DNA of 64,000 nucleotides from the human T2T-CHM13v2.0 reference genome, Homo sapiens, in the NCBI RefSeq assembly GCF_009914755.1, contig NC_060943.1. One strand, 5' to 3'. Below, piece after piece: positions 20,270 to 37,844 of the stretch (positions are counted from its first letter, which is position 1; each line of letters opens with the position of its first letter). The notes beneath the pieces were generated by a model. It ran no database searches and had not been told where the DNA came from. It was given only the letters and a program-made list of their open reading frames with translations. The translations under genes and the position numbers were made by a program.

Positions 20270-20899
20270 GACATGATCTCAGCTCTTAACTTCAAACATA
20301 TTTCCTTTTTCTTTTTTTAAAGGAGAGAGAGAGATGTGAAAGGACGGGATGTGAAGATTATGGGGAGAGGGTGAGGGCAATGGAGGGGAGAGGAGGGGAG
20401 AGGAGGGAGGTCACAGATAGGAGCTCAGGATGCCAATCCCAGATGTGCCAATGGGTTCCCATTGTTGCCCAGGCTAGAGTGCAGTGGTGTGATCATACTC
20501 GAATTCCTGGGCTCAAGTGGTCCTCCTCACTCGGCCTCCAGGGCAGCTGGGAGTACAGACCACCACGCCCAGCCAACTTCAAACACACTTCAATGAGCTC
20601 GTTGATGCCAGGTAATGAACAGCAGTGACACGGGCATGGAAGGCGTTTAGAGTGGGGAGGGGTGGGGCTCTCTGAAGGAGACATGATTCCCCAAGACACA
20701 GAACAAGGGATCAGCTGGGAGAATTCAGGGAGGATTCCTAATAAGAACAGGGTTAGAGCAGGGTAGAAAAGAATGACCAGTGGCCGGGCACGGTGGCTCA
20801 CGCCTGTAATCCTGGCACTTTGGGAGAGTGAAGTAGGTGGATCACTTGAGGTCTGGAGTTCGAGACCAGCCTGGCCAACATGGTGAAACCCTGTCTCTA

Positions 20900-21022
<123 letters not shown>

Positions 21023-21699
21023 TCACTGCATCATACACTCAACTGACCAAGACTCCAACTCAAAAAAGCATCCCTCTCAGGAGATAAAATTTCTACCAAT
21101 TAAAAAACAAAAACAAAACAAAACAAAAAAAACTAGTTCTTGAGCAATATTGCCATGCAAGTCTACATCATAGCGTTTTAAAGTCTTAACAACAACCCTG
21201 CAAGGTAGTACAATTATTTCCCTCCCACTGGTGAAGGGCATGCATTCCCGTGTGACTCCTGGGATTACAACAAGGGTTGTGTCCAAAGCTCACAGCGTTG
21301 AGGAAGAGAGAGCAACCTGTTACTAAAGCTAGGCGACAGAGTCCATGCAGTTCCCCCCCGTTTTTTGTTTTTCTTGGCACTTTAGATTCAAGAAACACAA
21401 GTCGTGAGACTTTAAGGAGTAAGTAGCAGAAACGTGATTAAGGAAAAAAGTTGAGCAACTATAGAAGTGAGGCCCCAGAAAGGGGCTTCACCAAGACCCC
21501 CGCTATCTTTGTTAGTGTGCTTTGAGTCTGAGAATTTTTCCTAGGTGTGCAATGATCTGTGGTCACATTACAGAGCCAAGTCTGAGATGCTTCACACGCC
21601 TGGTCCTCTGCACCAACAGAGGGTCTCCCATCCAGACGCTTCCCCTACTTGGTTCGCTATGTTTGCGTTGGCATTTCTACATATCTATATATAGAGAAT

Positions 21700-22730
21700 T
21701 ACCTATCTAATTTATCTATCTCGCTAATCTATCTACCATCTGTCTAGGTATCTATTATCTATCTACCTATCTATCTTTATCTGTCTCTGTACCTACTTAC
21801 CTATCATCTATCCAATCTATCCGTCCTATCTAATTATGATTTATCTATCTACCTACTTGCCTATCACCTATCCAATCTATCTATCCTATCATATGTAATT
21901 AACTATCTGTCTGTCTAATTTTTCTATCTTGTTAATCTATCACTTATCTAGGCATCTATGTATCTATCTTTATCTGTCTATCCACCTGCTTACCTGCTGT
22001 CTGTCTAATCTATCCATCCTATCATATCTAATTATCACTTATCTATCTACCGACTTACCTATCATCTAGTTACCAAATCTATCATCTATCTAATGTATCT
22101 ATCAATCATAACCAGTTATCTATCATCTCTCTATCATCTATCATCTGTATGTATCTGTCTATTCACCTACTATTATCTATTTAATCTATTCTATCTAGTT
22201 ATCTATCTATCTATCCACCTACTTATCTAATTTTTCTATCTTGCAACTCTATCACCTATCTAGGTATCTATGTATCTATCCGTGTATCTGTATATCTATC
22301 TATCTAGCTAGCTAGCTTTATCTAGCTACCTAGTTACCTATCATCTATCTATCTAATCTATCATCTATCTAATGTATCTATCAATCATATCTAATTATCT
22401 GTCTATCTAATCATCTATCTTATCTATTATATCTAGTTATCTATCATCTAGCTAGCTAGCTAATCTATCTGTATCTATCTACCTACTTACCTATCGTCTA
22501 TTTATCTATCTAATCTATCATATCTAGTTATCTATCTACTTACTTATCTAACCTGTTGTATCTAGTTATCTATCTACCTACTTACCTATCATCTGTCTAT
22601 CTATCTAATCTGTCCATCGTATCTAGCTACTTATCTACCTATCATCTATGTATCTATCTAATCTATCATATCTAGTTATCTATTTATCTGCCTACTTGCC
22701 TATTATCTATCACATCTAATTATCTATCTA
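21700..22730. repeat. ~1-kb degenerate (TCTA/TATC)n array in VSTM1 intron 4
   Basis: Direct reading. Confidence 0.92.
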
Positions 22731-23376
22731 TCCCCCTCCCTGAAATAAGGTTCTTTCTGAGCTGATCATCAGGGAGCAGCAAAAGGAGTGGGGAGTTTGA
22801 AACAAGACATATTTGAGTTCTAGTACTGGGTCTCCTACCTCCTGACTTTGTAAATGTTCCCTTCCCTTTCTGGAATACGTTATTTTTTGGTTAAATATAA
22901 GGAGGGGGCAGAGAGCTAATAATATCTAACTTGAAGAGTTAGGTAATGATGAAAAATCCTGGCTTTAAAGCACTCAGTCTAGAAACTGACTCATTGTGTC
23001 GGATAATGGGATTGTAGGTATAATGATGTTTTTTTTTCACCCAATATTCCACCTACACCCATCTCTCTCTGTAACAGATTCTGTCAATGTTCCTCAACCC
23101 ATGTTCCCCAGATCCCTTTCCCATTTTTATGCATTCTAGATCGTGGCTTCTTTCCCTTTCCAAAGTGAACATTTGTATCTCTTCTTTGGGGGACTGCCTG
23201 GGAGAACTCCAAATGCCTTGGAATTTACATGCCCGGGACAAACTGCCACTGACGGCTGTGGGGACCCCAGCTCCCTAGCCTCTGGTCTTCGACCTTCTCT
23301 GTCTCCACTGCTTTCTGCAGGATGGAGCCAAAGATACCATCTGAGGGACACAGATATCCCACACTTGTTTAATCTA

Positions 23377-23736
<360 letters not shown>

Positions 23737-24579
23737 TCACTCTCACACTAATGCTGTCTAAGAGCCTGCTTCTGGTGGAGCTGAATCAGAGAACCCCTCA
23801 AAAGCAACAATTGTTTTTTTTTTGAGACAGTCTCACTCTGTCTCCCAGGCTGGAGTGCAGTGGTACAATCTCGGCTTTGGAACCTCCCCCTCTGGGGTTC
23901 AAGCAATTCTCCTGCCTCAGCCTCCCAAGGAGCTGGGATTACAAGCACCCGCCACCTCACCCCGCTAATTTTTTATATTTCTAGTAGAGATGAGGTTTCA
24001 CCATGTTGGTTAGGCTGGTCTCAAACTCCAGAGCTCAAGTGTTCTGCCCACTTTGGCCTCCCAAAGTGCTGGGATTACATAAGCCACCATGCCTGGCCAT
24101 AAGCAACAATTCTATCAGTGCATCTCCAAGGACTTATGAAAACAGGGCAGGAACAGCTGCTCCTGGACTCTCAGTTTCCCCAGATGGAAGCAGAGAAACA
24201 GCAGCCTTGCCTTGTCCTTTCTGTTCTCCCCTTTTCCAGCCTACGGTATCTTTCACACAGCAATTCACTAGAAATGAGAAGTACATTATTGCAAAATTCT
24301 CATCTTCATATGACCCCATAATCAGCTGAACTGGGTTCACCCTGAGATGTCCACAGATCCTGGCCAAATTTCGCATCAGTATTTGCAAATTGCCAGAATA
24401 AATCATAACTTGCTACGCTACTAAAGTCAGCGTGAGCAACAAGATACAGCCTGACACGGGGCATAAATGGAGGCACAGGCACCAGAAAGAAAGTCAAGTC
24501 TTGTGTGATAAAATTCATCTTCATTCTCTACATTGCAATTGAACATAGAGTCGTTTTCTAGTGTGTTTTAGGCATATAA

Positions 24580-24843
<264 letters not shown>

Positions 24844-24949
24844 TGAACCCCTGGGCTCAAGTGATCCTCCTGCCTCATCTTCCCAAAGTCCTGGTATTAC
24901 AGACGTGAGCCACTGCGCCCGGCAAAGATATTTTATTCTGTTTAGAATT

Positions 24950-26045
24950 GTGATGATACAAATTTGAACTCAAAAAGTACATTTTAAGAAATTATATAAT
25001 ACCCACTGGGATGGCTATAATTTAAAAAAAGAAAAGTAAGTGTTGACAAGGATGTGGAGATATTGGAACCCACATATATTACTGGAAGGAATATAACATG
25101 ATACAGCCACAATGGAAAATGATTTGGCAGTTCCTCAAAAAGTTGAACATAATAGTCACCATATGTCCTAGCAAATCCACTTCTAGGTACATACTCAAGA
25201 TAATTTACAGCGCGGAGACAAACAGATACTCCTACCACAGTGTTCCAGCACCATTACTCGCTTTAGCCAAGAGGTGCAGACAACACAAATGTCCATCAAA
25301 AGAAGAACGGGGCCAGGCACAGTAGCTCAAGTCTCTAATCCCAGCACTTTGGGAAGCTGAGGCGTGTGGATCACCTGAGGTCAGGAGTTCGAGACCAGCC
25401 TAGCCAACATGGTGAAACCCCCTCTCTACTAAAAATACACAAATTAGCTAGGCATGGTGACGGGCGCCTGTAGGTCCAGCTACTCAGGAGGTTAAGGCAA
25501 AAGAATCACTTAAACCTGGGAGGCGGAGGTTGCAGTGAGCTGAGATTGTGCCACTGCACTCCAGCCTGGGCGACAGAGCAAGACTCCGTCTCAAAAAAAC
25601 AAAAACAAAAACAAAAAAAAGAATGGATAAGCAAAATGTGGTCTATCCATACAATACGATGCTTTTCACCATGACAAGAAATGAAACATTGATGCATGCT
25701 ACAGTACAGACAAACTTTGAAAACATTATGCTAAAGAGAAAGGAGCTAGTCACAAAGGATCACATAGTGTATGAATCCACTTACACAAAATGTCCAGAAT
25801 AGACAAAATCATAGACACAGAGAAGCATATGAATGGTTGGAAGGGCCTGGTGGGAAAGTGGGAAATGAGGAGTGACTGCTTAATGGGTACAAGATTTTCT
25901 TTTAGGGTGATGAGAATGTTCTGGAATTATGTAGTGGTGATGGTTATACTACCTCATGAAGATACAAAATGCCAGTGAATTGGACACTTTACAAGGGTGA
26001 ATTTTTGGACTGTGAATTATATATCAATAAAAAAAGAAAGAAAAT
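24950..26045 (+). mobile_element. L1M (L1MB-like) 3' region interrupted by an Alu
   Basis: gtgttgacaaggatgtggaga...ggcagttcctcaaaaagttgaacat...gtgaattatatatcaataaa. Confidence 0.7.
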
Positions 26046-26634
26046 AAATGATACAAGAGCTCAAAATAGAAAAGCTTCTCTTCCTCCTCCCCCTCACACC
26101 TCACTAGATCTCCCACCTCGTTTCTGATACTTCTGTGTTCCTCTCTCCCATTAGATTTCATATCTTTCTCAGAAAACGTTCCTGACGTGAATTGTGTTCG
26201 TAGTGCTAGGGTAGCAGACATTTCCCAAGCCTACTATCATGGAATAAAAACGTTTCAAATAGTTATCTTGCAAGAACACTTTGGAGGATACCTTTTTGAA
26301 AACCGATTATACCAGCACAGACTGCTAGCAACAACCTTCAGCAACTTTGGCTCTTTGGAGTAGGTTGCAGGAAGATTATGACTTGCTGAAAGGAAGGATG
26401 ATTAAGCATCTAGATGCCAATTTATATTCTGCATTTGGCCCTTAAAGTCTGGATGAGTTCCTGTTTCAGCCGAATGCTGCCAAAAGCTCTAACTTTTTAA
26501 TTTTTTTTTTTTTTTTTTTTTTTTGGAGACAGAGTCTCACTCTGTTGCCCAGGCTGGAGGGCAGTGGTGTAATCTCGGCTCACTGCAACCTCTGCCTCCC
26601 AGGTTCAAGCAATTCTCCTGCCTCAGTCACTTGA

Positions 26635-26835
<201 letters not shown>

Positions 26836-27539
26836 TGAGGACAGAATCTTAGTCAATTGTTAATGAATAAGCAACATTAGAAAAAAAATTCAATATTCAC
26901 CTATTTTTGAGAATTTTAGAGTTATAACAAACTCTTGATTATATATATTCCCGAAGTACCTACTCTGCGTAGGTCCTGGTCCTACTCCCCAAATGGGTCA
27001 CTGAAAAATTCACCCCCAGTATTCCCCAAATCCCACCCTAGTTTTTCATCATGTCATATGGCAAACAACGCACTCTGTGCTGTTTTACACACCAGCTTCT
27101 TCAGAACCCGGAAGCACTTTAGAGGTTATCTCCCCTCATCCTCCACCCCCCAAAACACAGCAGTTTCCCCAATAACATTGAGAAAATGGGCTTTAAAGTT
27201 CTTCTAGGCCAGGTGCGGTGGCTCATGCCTGTAATCCCAACACTTTGAGAGGCCGAGGCGGGGGAATTGCTTGAGGTCAGGAGTTTGATACCAGCCTGGC
27301 CAACATGGTGAAACCCCATCTCTACTAAAAACAAAAAACAAAAAACAAAACTGAGCTGGATATGGTGGTGGGTGCCTGTAATCCCAGCTATTCGGGAGGC
27401 TGAGGCAGGAGAATTGCTTGAACCCAGAACCCAGGAAGTGGAGGTTGCAGTGAGCTGAGATTGTGCCACTTCACGCCACCCTGGGGGACAGAACAAGACT
27501 CTTTCTCAAAAAAATAAATAGGCCGTGTGCGGTGGCTCA

Positions 27540-27854
<315 letters not shown>

Positions 27855-27918
27855 TTAAGCAAAGGTGATCATGAAGCAGATCTCATTGGGAAAAACATCT
27901 CCTTTCTAATTATCTTAC

Positions 27919-27957
27919 CTGTTTTCATTGAGGGAGCTTCAAGTTCATCGTGTTTAT
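27919..27957 (-). CDS. VSTM1: VSTM1 exon 4, stalk (DKHDELEAPSMKT)
   Basis: ttttctag|ATAAACAC...AAAACAG|gtaag; 39 nt. Confidence 0.93.
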
Positions 27958-28204
27958 CTAGAAAATAGGAGGGAAGAAAAGGAATTACACTAATCATACA
28001 GGAACCTTGGGGACAGGAGTCCTCACGTCCTACTTATAGACATCCTGTTCTTCTTTGGGAAGCAGAAAAGAGAATGGCTTCTCCATTCCCTAGATGCTCC
28101 CTGGGTCCTCAGAGCATGGACAGAGCCTCAGATTACTCTTCTTAATAGTCCTGGAGTTTGATAGTATTTTTAATAACAAAAATATTTATGAATGACACTG
28201 CTAA

Positions 28205-28603
<399 letters not shown>

Positions 28604-28719
28604 TAAGTTAAAATATCACCTACTTGGCCGGGCGCGGTGGCTCACGCCTGTAATCCCAGCACTTTGGGAGGCCGAGGCGGGCAGATCACAAGGTCAGGAG
28701 ATCGAGACCATCCTGGCTA

Positions 28720-28954
<235 letters not shown>

Positions 28955-29324
28955 TCACCAGTCCCTGGCAACCACCAGTTGCTTCTGTGAGTTTGGCTTT
29001 TTTAGACTACACATATGAGTGAGATCCTGCAGAATTTGTCTTTCTGAGTCTGGCTTATTTTGTTTAGCATGATATATGCGGAGATGTTGATGAAAGGGTA
29101 TAAGTTTCCAGTTCTAAGATGAAGAAGTTCAGGTGCTCAGCATGGTGGCAATGGATGTGCTAATTAATTTGACTGTGATAATCATTACACAATGTACAGG
29201 TGGATCAAATCATCAGATTGTATACCTTGAATATATACAATCTTCATTTGTCAATTTGATATTTTTAAATTTAAAAAGTCGTATTGCCTGAAACGCACCA
29301 ACTCTTACTACATCTAGTCCCTTA

Positions 29325-29546
<222 letters not shown>

Positions 29547-29787
29547 TCATGCCATCCTCCAGCTCAACTTCATCAGTGGGTTCCTGTTCTTTCAAAGCAG
29601 ACTCTAGGACCAGTTCAAACACCCACAAGATCCTAGATGCTCTAGGCCCTGCCTTATGTCCTCCTTTCTGTGTCTCAATCATTCCAGGAACACTCACACT
29701 TCTGAGACTTTGCTTTTGCTGCTCTCTCTCCCTGGAGGGCTGTTCTCCAGATATCGGTGTGGTTGGGTCATTCTCATCCTTCATGCT

Positions 29788-30313
29788 TGTGGCAGATAGA
29801 CCCTAAGGGGGCACTCAGGAGACTCAGGAGCCCTGCTTCCTGGTGTTCATGCCTTTGTCTAATCCCCTCACCTTGAGTGTGGAGATCTGTGACTTTCTTC
29901 TCACCAATAGCTATGGCAAAGGTGATGGGATGTTATGCTCTTGATTATGTTACATTACATAAAACTCTGTTTGCTAGGGCATTTGCTCTCTCTTTCTTCT
30001 CTCTCTCTCAATCTCTCTTCTTGCAAGTGCTGCAGAATCATTCTAGCATGAATCCTACAGCTATAAAGAACCAGATATTGCTATCAACCACAGGAGTGGA
30101 GAAATGGACCCTTCCCCAGTCAAGCCTCCAGATGAGCCAGATGAGAACACAGCCCTTGTTGACACCTTGATTGCATCCTTATGAGACCCAAAGCAGAGGA
30201 CTCAGCTAAGCTGTCCCTGGACTCCTGACCCACATCAACTGTGAGATAATAAATAGGTGTTTCAGGCTGCTAAATTAGTGGTAATTTGTTATGCAGCCGT
30301 AGATCACTAATAC
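29788..30313 (+). mobile_element. MLT1 (E/F/H-like) LTR
   Basis: tgtggcagat...ctgtgagataataaat...gtggtaatttgttatgcagc...actaataca. Confidence 0.65.
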
Positions 30314-31132
30314 AATGCCTCTCACAGTTATTCTCCATCTATAATGTGTTTTTTAATTACTCTGATAGCTTGCTCTTATTTCTTTCTTTCTTCCAAAGAA
30401 GAATGTGAGCTCCTGTTGGCCAGAGACCTGGTCTGTCTCAGTTCCTACAATATGCTCAGGATCTACCAAAGTATCTGAATTTGTAGGGTGAATGGGCAGC
30501 TATTTTTGTGCCAGGTATTTTGCATTAATTTTTTTTTGTAATGGAAGCATTTATATGCCCATTTTGTAATAAGTAAAAAGTAGTATAATAAAAAAGTAAA
30601 AAGTAGTATAATAAAGTGATTTGCAAAGCAGCAAACAGATTGTATATGGAAGGTTGACCTGGAAAATCAACCACTGGAAATTGATACTATAGCCTGTCTT
30701 GTGATGTAATGGTACAGCTGCGATAGAGGTGAAGAAATCAGGAAACAGTAGATGATATGCCAGAGAACATAATTGGGAAATGGCAAATAATCGCGAGGCT
30801 TTTAGGGCTAAAGTGTGGGTGCAGAAATTCTTAAGACTACAAGAACGAGTTATGGGGAATACAATTTGAAATCAATATCAAAGTGATGAGCACCTTGTTG
30901 GAGTATCATTGATCAAGAGCCTCAGAAAGAGGGTAAATCAGAGGTGAAACATTAAGTATTCAGTTACTCATCATGCCCCAAGCCCAGGCTAAGTCATTGG
31001 TGTGGACCCACGGCTACTTCTACACTACACTGATGACTGTAAAGTCTCTCCAGGGATTTCCCATGATATGGCAGGACTGACCTACTGGAAGCAACTGTGG
31101 TCAGTTGAGAGGTATTGTTTAGTGACTAATAA

Positions 31133-31550
31133 ATGAATGGATGAATGGATGGATGGATGGATGGATGGATGGATGGATGGATGGATAGATGGATAGGTGG
31201 GTGGGGGTGAGTGAATGGGTGAAAGGGTGGATGAGTGGATGAATGGGTGGAAGGATGGACAAATGAGTGGCTGGGTAAATAGATGGGTAGGTAGGTAGAT
31301 AGATGGATGAAGGGGTGGGTGGACAGATGAATGGAAGGGTTGGTGGTTGGATGGATTAATGGATAGATGAATGGATGGATGGATGGATGGATGGATGAGT
31401 TGATGGATAGATGGATAAGTGAGTGGATGGATGGGTGAATGAGTGGGTAGGAGGGTGGATGGGTTGGTAGGTGGGTAGATGGGTGGGTGGGTTGATAGAT
31501 GGGTGGGTAGATTGATAGATGGATGGGTGAGTAGATAAATGGGTAGATGA
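31133..31550. repeat. Degenerate (GGAT/GGGT)n array in VSTM1 intron 3
   Basis: Direct reading. Confidence 0.92.
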
Positions 31551-32019
31551 AAGTGATGCAAAATTATTCTTTATCCCTCTTCCTTGGGATCTCAAGTCAT
31601 GTATGTTACAATCCTCCCACGTGCATCTTCTCACTGTGGTCCTCATCATTTTTTTTTCAGTTACCTGCACCATGCCTCCCATACTTTTCCACACAATGGG
31701 ATCTCTTAGCCCCACAATCCATTATTTGCCATTCCTACATCCCTCATAGAGCACTGGACACTCTTTCTGGCTTTCCTTCTCTGGCATAATGAAATATAAA
31801 TTTTCATTTATGTCTGAATAACAACTGTGAAGCTCATTGTTTTTGTGACACTGGGGAGGTCACCTAATCTCTATGAGCAAAAAGAAGTTAGTAACACAAC
31901 CACCCTCATAGGAAGTGAAGACTGAATGAGTTAGTGGAGGCAAGTTACCTGTCGTGGAGACAGGAACATAGAAAATGCTGGATACATGTCAAATGCCAGT
32001 GTTATCACTCTATCCTCAC

Positions 32020-32313
32020 CTGTCACCCAGATCTCCAGCTTGTTGCTGGGGAAGGAGGCCAAGTGTGATGAGTTGCTCAGGTAATACACACAGCTGTAGT
32101 TTCCACTGTCATTACTTGTCACGTTCCAGAGCATGAAATCAGTCTGGTTTTTTCTTACTTGCCTGACTTGTAATGGTTCTGGGATCCCCATTTTCAACAG
32201 AGCAATTACAATACATTCGGTTCCATTGTATGGAGTGAGACATCGAAGTGTCCTGAGACCTGGAGTCATCCCAGGGTCTACATTGACTGAGAGCAAAGGT
32301 TCTGGGAGTGATC
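32020..32313 (-). CDS. Candidate alternative/cryptic second Ig-domain exon in VSTM1 intron 3 (GSLPEPLLSV...NKLEIWVT, 98 codons)
   Basis: Open frame; pyrimidine-rich acceptor ttgtccccttcag|GA; donor ACAG|gtgag; phase 1-1; TLRC and DSGNYSC Ig motifs; ~41/98 identities to TARM1 exon 4 by manual alignment. Actual use in transcripts cannot be seen from sequence. Confidence 0.7.
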
Positions 32314-32411
32314 CTGAAGGGGACAAGGCAATGGAGGTAAAGAGAAGGGCCAGGGCTTTTCCATTTTCTACTGCACTTGGGGACTATCTCATCCATCTCT
32401 CCGTATTAACC

Positions 32412-33150
32412 ATGTCTTTCATCTTCTGCATTTGATGCTTTAACATCTTGGGGCCTTGCTGCCCTTGGTGGGACCTCCCCTCGCAGGGTTAGTTAATTTC
32501 TAGAGCCAGTAAACAACTTGTCCTCAAGGATGTCCCTCAAATGCAAGCCAATAGATCCAGAGCCCATACTCTCAACCACCTTAATTATGGGGCTCTCACA
32601 CTCAAGGTCAATGTTGTCCTCTCCTAATCACCCCAGGTCCAAGAACTAGACAACCAGGGACAGCCTCTACACCCCAAAGCCAATTCTTTTTTTGTTTTTC
32701 TTTTCTTTTTTTTTTTTTTTTGAGACAGGTTCTCATTCTATCACCCAGGCTTGAGTGCAGTGGCACGATCTTGGCTCACCGCAGCCTCTGCCTCTGGGGT
32801 TCAAGCAATTCTCGTGCCTCAGCCTCCCGAGTAGCTGAAAGCACAGGTGCACACCACCACACCCAGGTAATTATTGTATTTTTGTAGAGATGGAGTTTCG
32901 CCATGTTACCCAGGCTGATGTCAAACTCCTGACCTCAGGTGATCCACCCTCCTAGGCCTCCCAAAGTGCTAGGATTACAGGCATGAACCACCACACCTGG
33001 CCAACTCTAATCTTGTTCTCCCCACAAAATACAATCAAAGCTCTGGTCCACAGTTCTTCCTCCTCCCTCTGCCCCTCATTGACCCTGGTGCTTCCCCACA
33101 TACTCCCCCCAGTATAGCCTTCCTCCTCCTCTTGGGAACTGTAACAGACC
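32412..33150 (+). mobile_element. MER74-like ERVL LTR interrupted by an Alu
   Basis: acatcttggggccttgctg...agagcccatac...ctaatcaccccagg...gacaaccagggacagcc. Confidence 0.6.
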
Positions 33151-33355
33151 ATCTTTTCCATGGCAATCATCACTTGGTCTGTCAGTCTTACCATACCCCA
33201 ATTTTCTATTAACTGACCATATTCTACACCACCCTCCCACATCCACATCATTGGGACCCTCTCAGAATCTCTGATGAGAATCTTGCTCCACATTCGGTTC
33301 CCATTTCCACATTGAAGGTGTTGCATCTATCCTTCTTCTTCTTTTTTTTTTTTAG

Positions 33356-33574
<219 letters not shown>

Positions 33575-33612
33575 TGATCTGCCCACCTCTGCCTCCCAAA
33601 GTGCTGGGATTA

Positions 33613-33992
<380 letters not shown>

Positions 33993-33995
33993 TCA

Positions 33996-34456
<461 letters not shown>

Positions 34457-34534
34457 TCATGCCTGTAATCCCAGCACTTTGGGAGGCCGAGGCAGGTGGA
34501 TCACAAGGTCAGGAGATGGAGACCATCCTGGCTA

Positions 34535-35083
<549 letters not shown>

Positions 35084-35189
35084 CTGGAAACAATTCAGAG
35101 TTAATTTGAGTCTAGAATTCAGACGATTAAAGGAAAAGGTCATGAAGCGTGGGATGCAGGAATAAAAGTTTAAGTAGGAGAAAACTCAC

Positions 35190-35225
35190 CATTCTTTTTC
35201 TCATCTTCGTAGCCCAGACACAGCC
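35190..35225 (-). CDS. VSTM1: VSTM1 exon 2 (36-nt mini-exon, GLCLGYEDEKKN)
   Basis: tccag|GGCTGTGT...AAGAATG|gtgag; 36-nt second leader exon typical of LRC genes. Confidence 0.95.
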
Positions 35226-35427
35226 CTGGAAGAGAAATCTCAATGAGAGAAAAATTATGTGCTTGTCCTTGAGTACAAATCCAGCAGAGAACGTATGACT
35301 AGCTCTTTATAGGTCTGAGATATATATATATATATATAATGTATATATGTATTATATATAATAAATGTATTAAGTATATGTACACATATTACATATAATA
35401 CATATATAAATATAATACATATATTAA

Positions 35428-35868
<441 letters not shown>

Positions 35869-36271
35869 TGATGTATTGAATTGCTTTCATGAGTAATCCT
35901 TTCACCATCTAGAAATTGTTCAACATTCACCTATGCTTTTTTCTGGTATTTTCTGTGATTGCAGTGTTTTGTTTTGTTTTGAGACAGAGTCTCGCTGTGT
36001 CACCCAGGCTGGAGTGCAGTGGTGCAGTCTCAGCTCACTGCAACCTCCTCCACCCCCTGGGTTCAAGTGATACTCGTACCTCAGGCTCCAGAGTAGCTGG
36101 GACTACAGGTGTGTGCCATCGTGCCCAGCTAATTTTTGTTGTTGTTGTTGTAGAGATGGGGTTTCACCATGTTGCCCAGGCTGGTCTCAAACTCCTGAGC
36201 TCAAGTGATCCACCCGCCTCAGCCTCCCAAAGCGCTGGGATTACAGGCATGAGCCACCGTGCCCGGCCTGA

Positions 36272-36583
<312 letters not shown>

Positions 36584-37180
36584 TGATCCACCCGCCTCGG
36601 ACTCCCAAAGTGCTGGGATTACAGGCATCAGCCACCGCGCCCGGCCGAGAGGAGGGTTTTCTTGCTCAATTCCAATAGAGAGAATCTGCTCCCCCTTCCC
36701 CGTGTCTTCTGGTCCCAAATACTCTCCTCACTTTAGCTTTGGTTTCCACTTACATTATCCCCTCCCTCTTCTGTGTTCTGTTCTCTACATTCCCCGCTGG
36801 GAAGGTAGCGTCTTAAACTTGGGTGGAAAATGGGATGTCAGTCATGGGGCTTGTTTCAGGGTGAAGTTACGTAGAATTTAGGTAGAAATTCTCTAGAGCC
36901 ACGACAGTGTCTCAGGACATTGGTTCCTTGTTGACACAGGTGCCGATACAGAACGTGACCCCCCACCAAGCTTCACCACAGAGGAATGAGGTGGAGGCCT
37001 CACGATGGACCGAAGCTGCGTTGGCAGCGAGATTAGCTGGGATTGGCAGGTAGGAAACAGCCTCTGGGTGGGCAGGGCATCCCAGGACTCAGGCTCTGTT
37101 TTGAGACCCTCCCCAAATCCCGCTTTTAGATTCATGTCATCTCATCTCTGCTATCCACCCATCGTCTGTTCAAACAGTGA

Positions 37181-37348
<168 letters not shown>

Positions 37349-37357
37349 TGATTTTAA

Positions 37358-37826
<469 letters not shown>

Positions 37827-37844
37827 TGAAAAGAGAAGTTCAAG

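Noticed and set aside
20580-20662. Acceptor-like atgtctccttcag| opening ESPTPPHSKRLP in VSTM1 intron 4
   Set aside because: No convincing donor before the frame runs into an Alu fragment, and no homology to known stalk exons.
31082-31715. His/Pro/Ser-rich ORFs (159 aa and 119 aa)
   Set aside because: Products of the (GGAT)n array.
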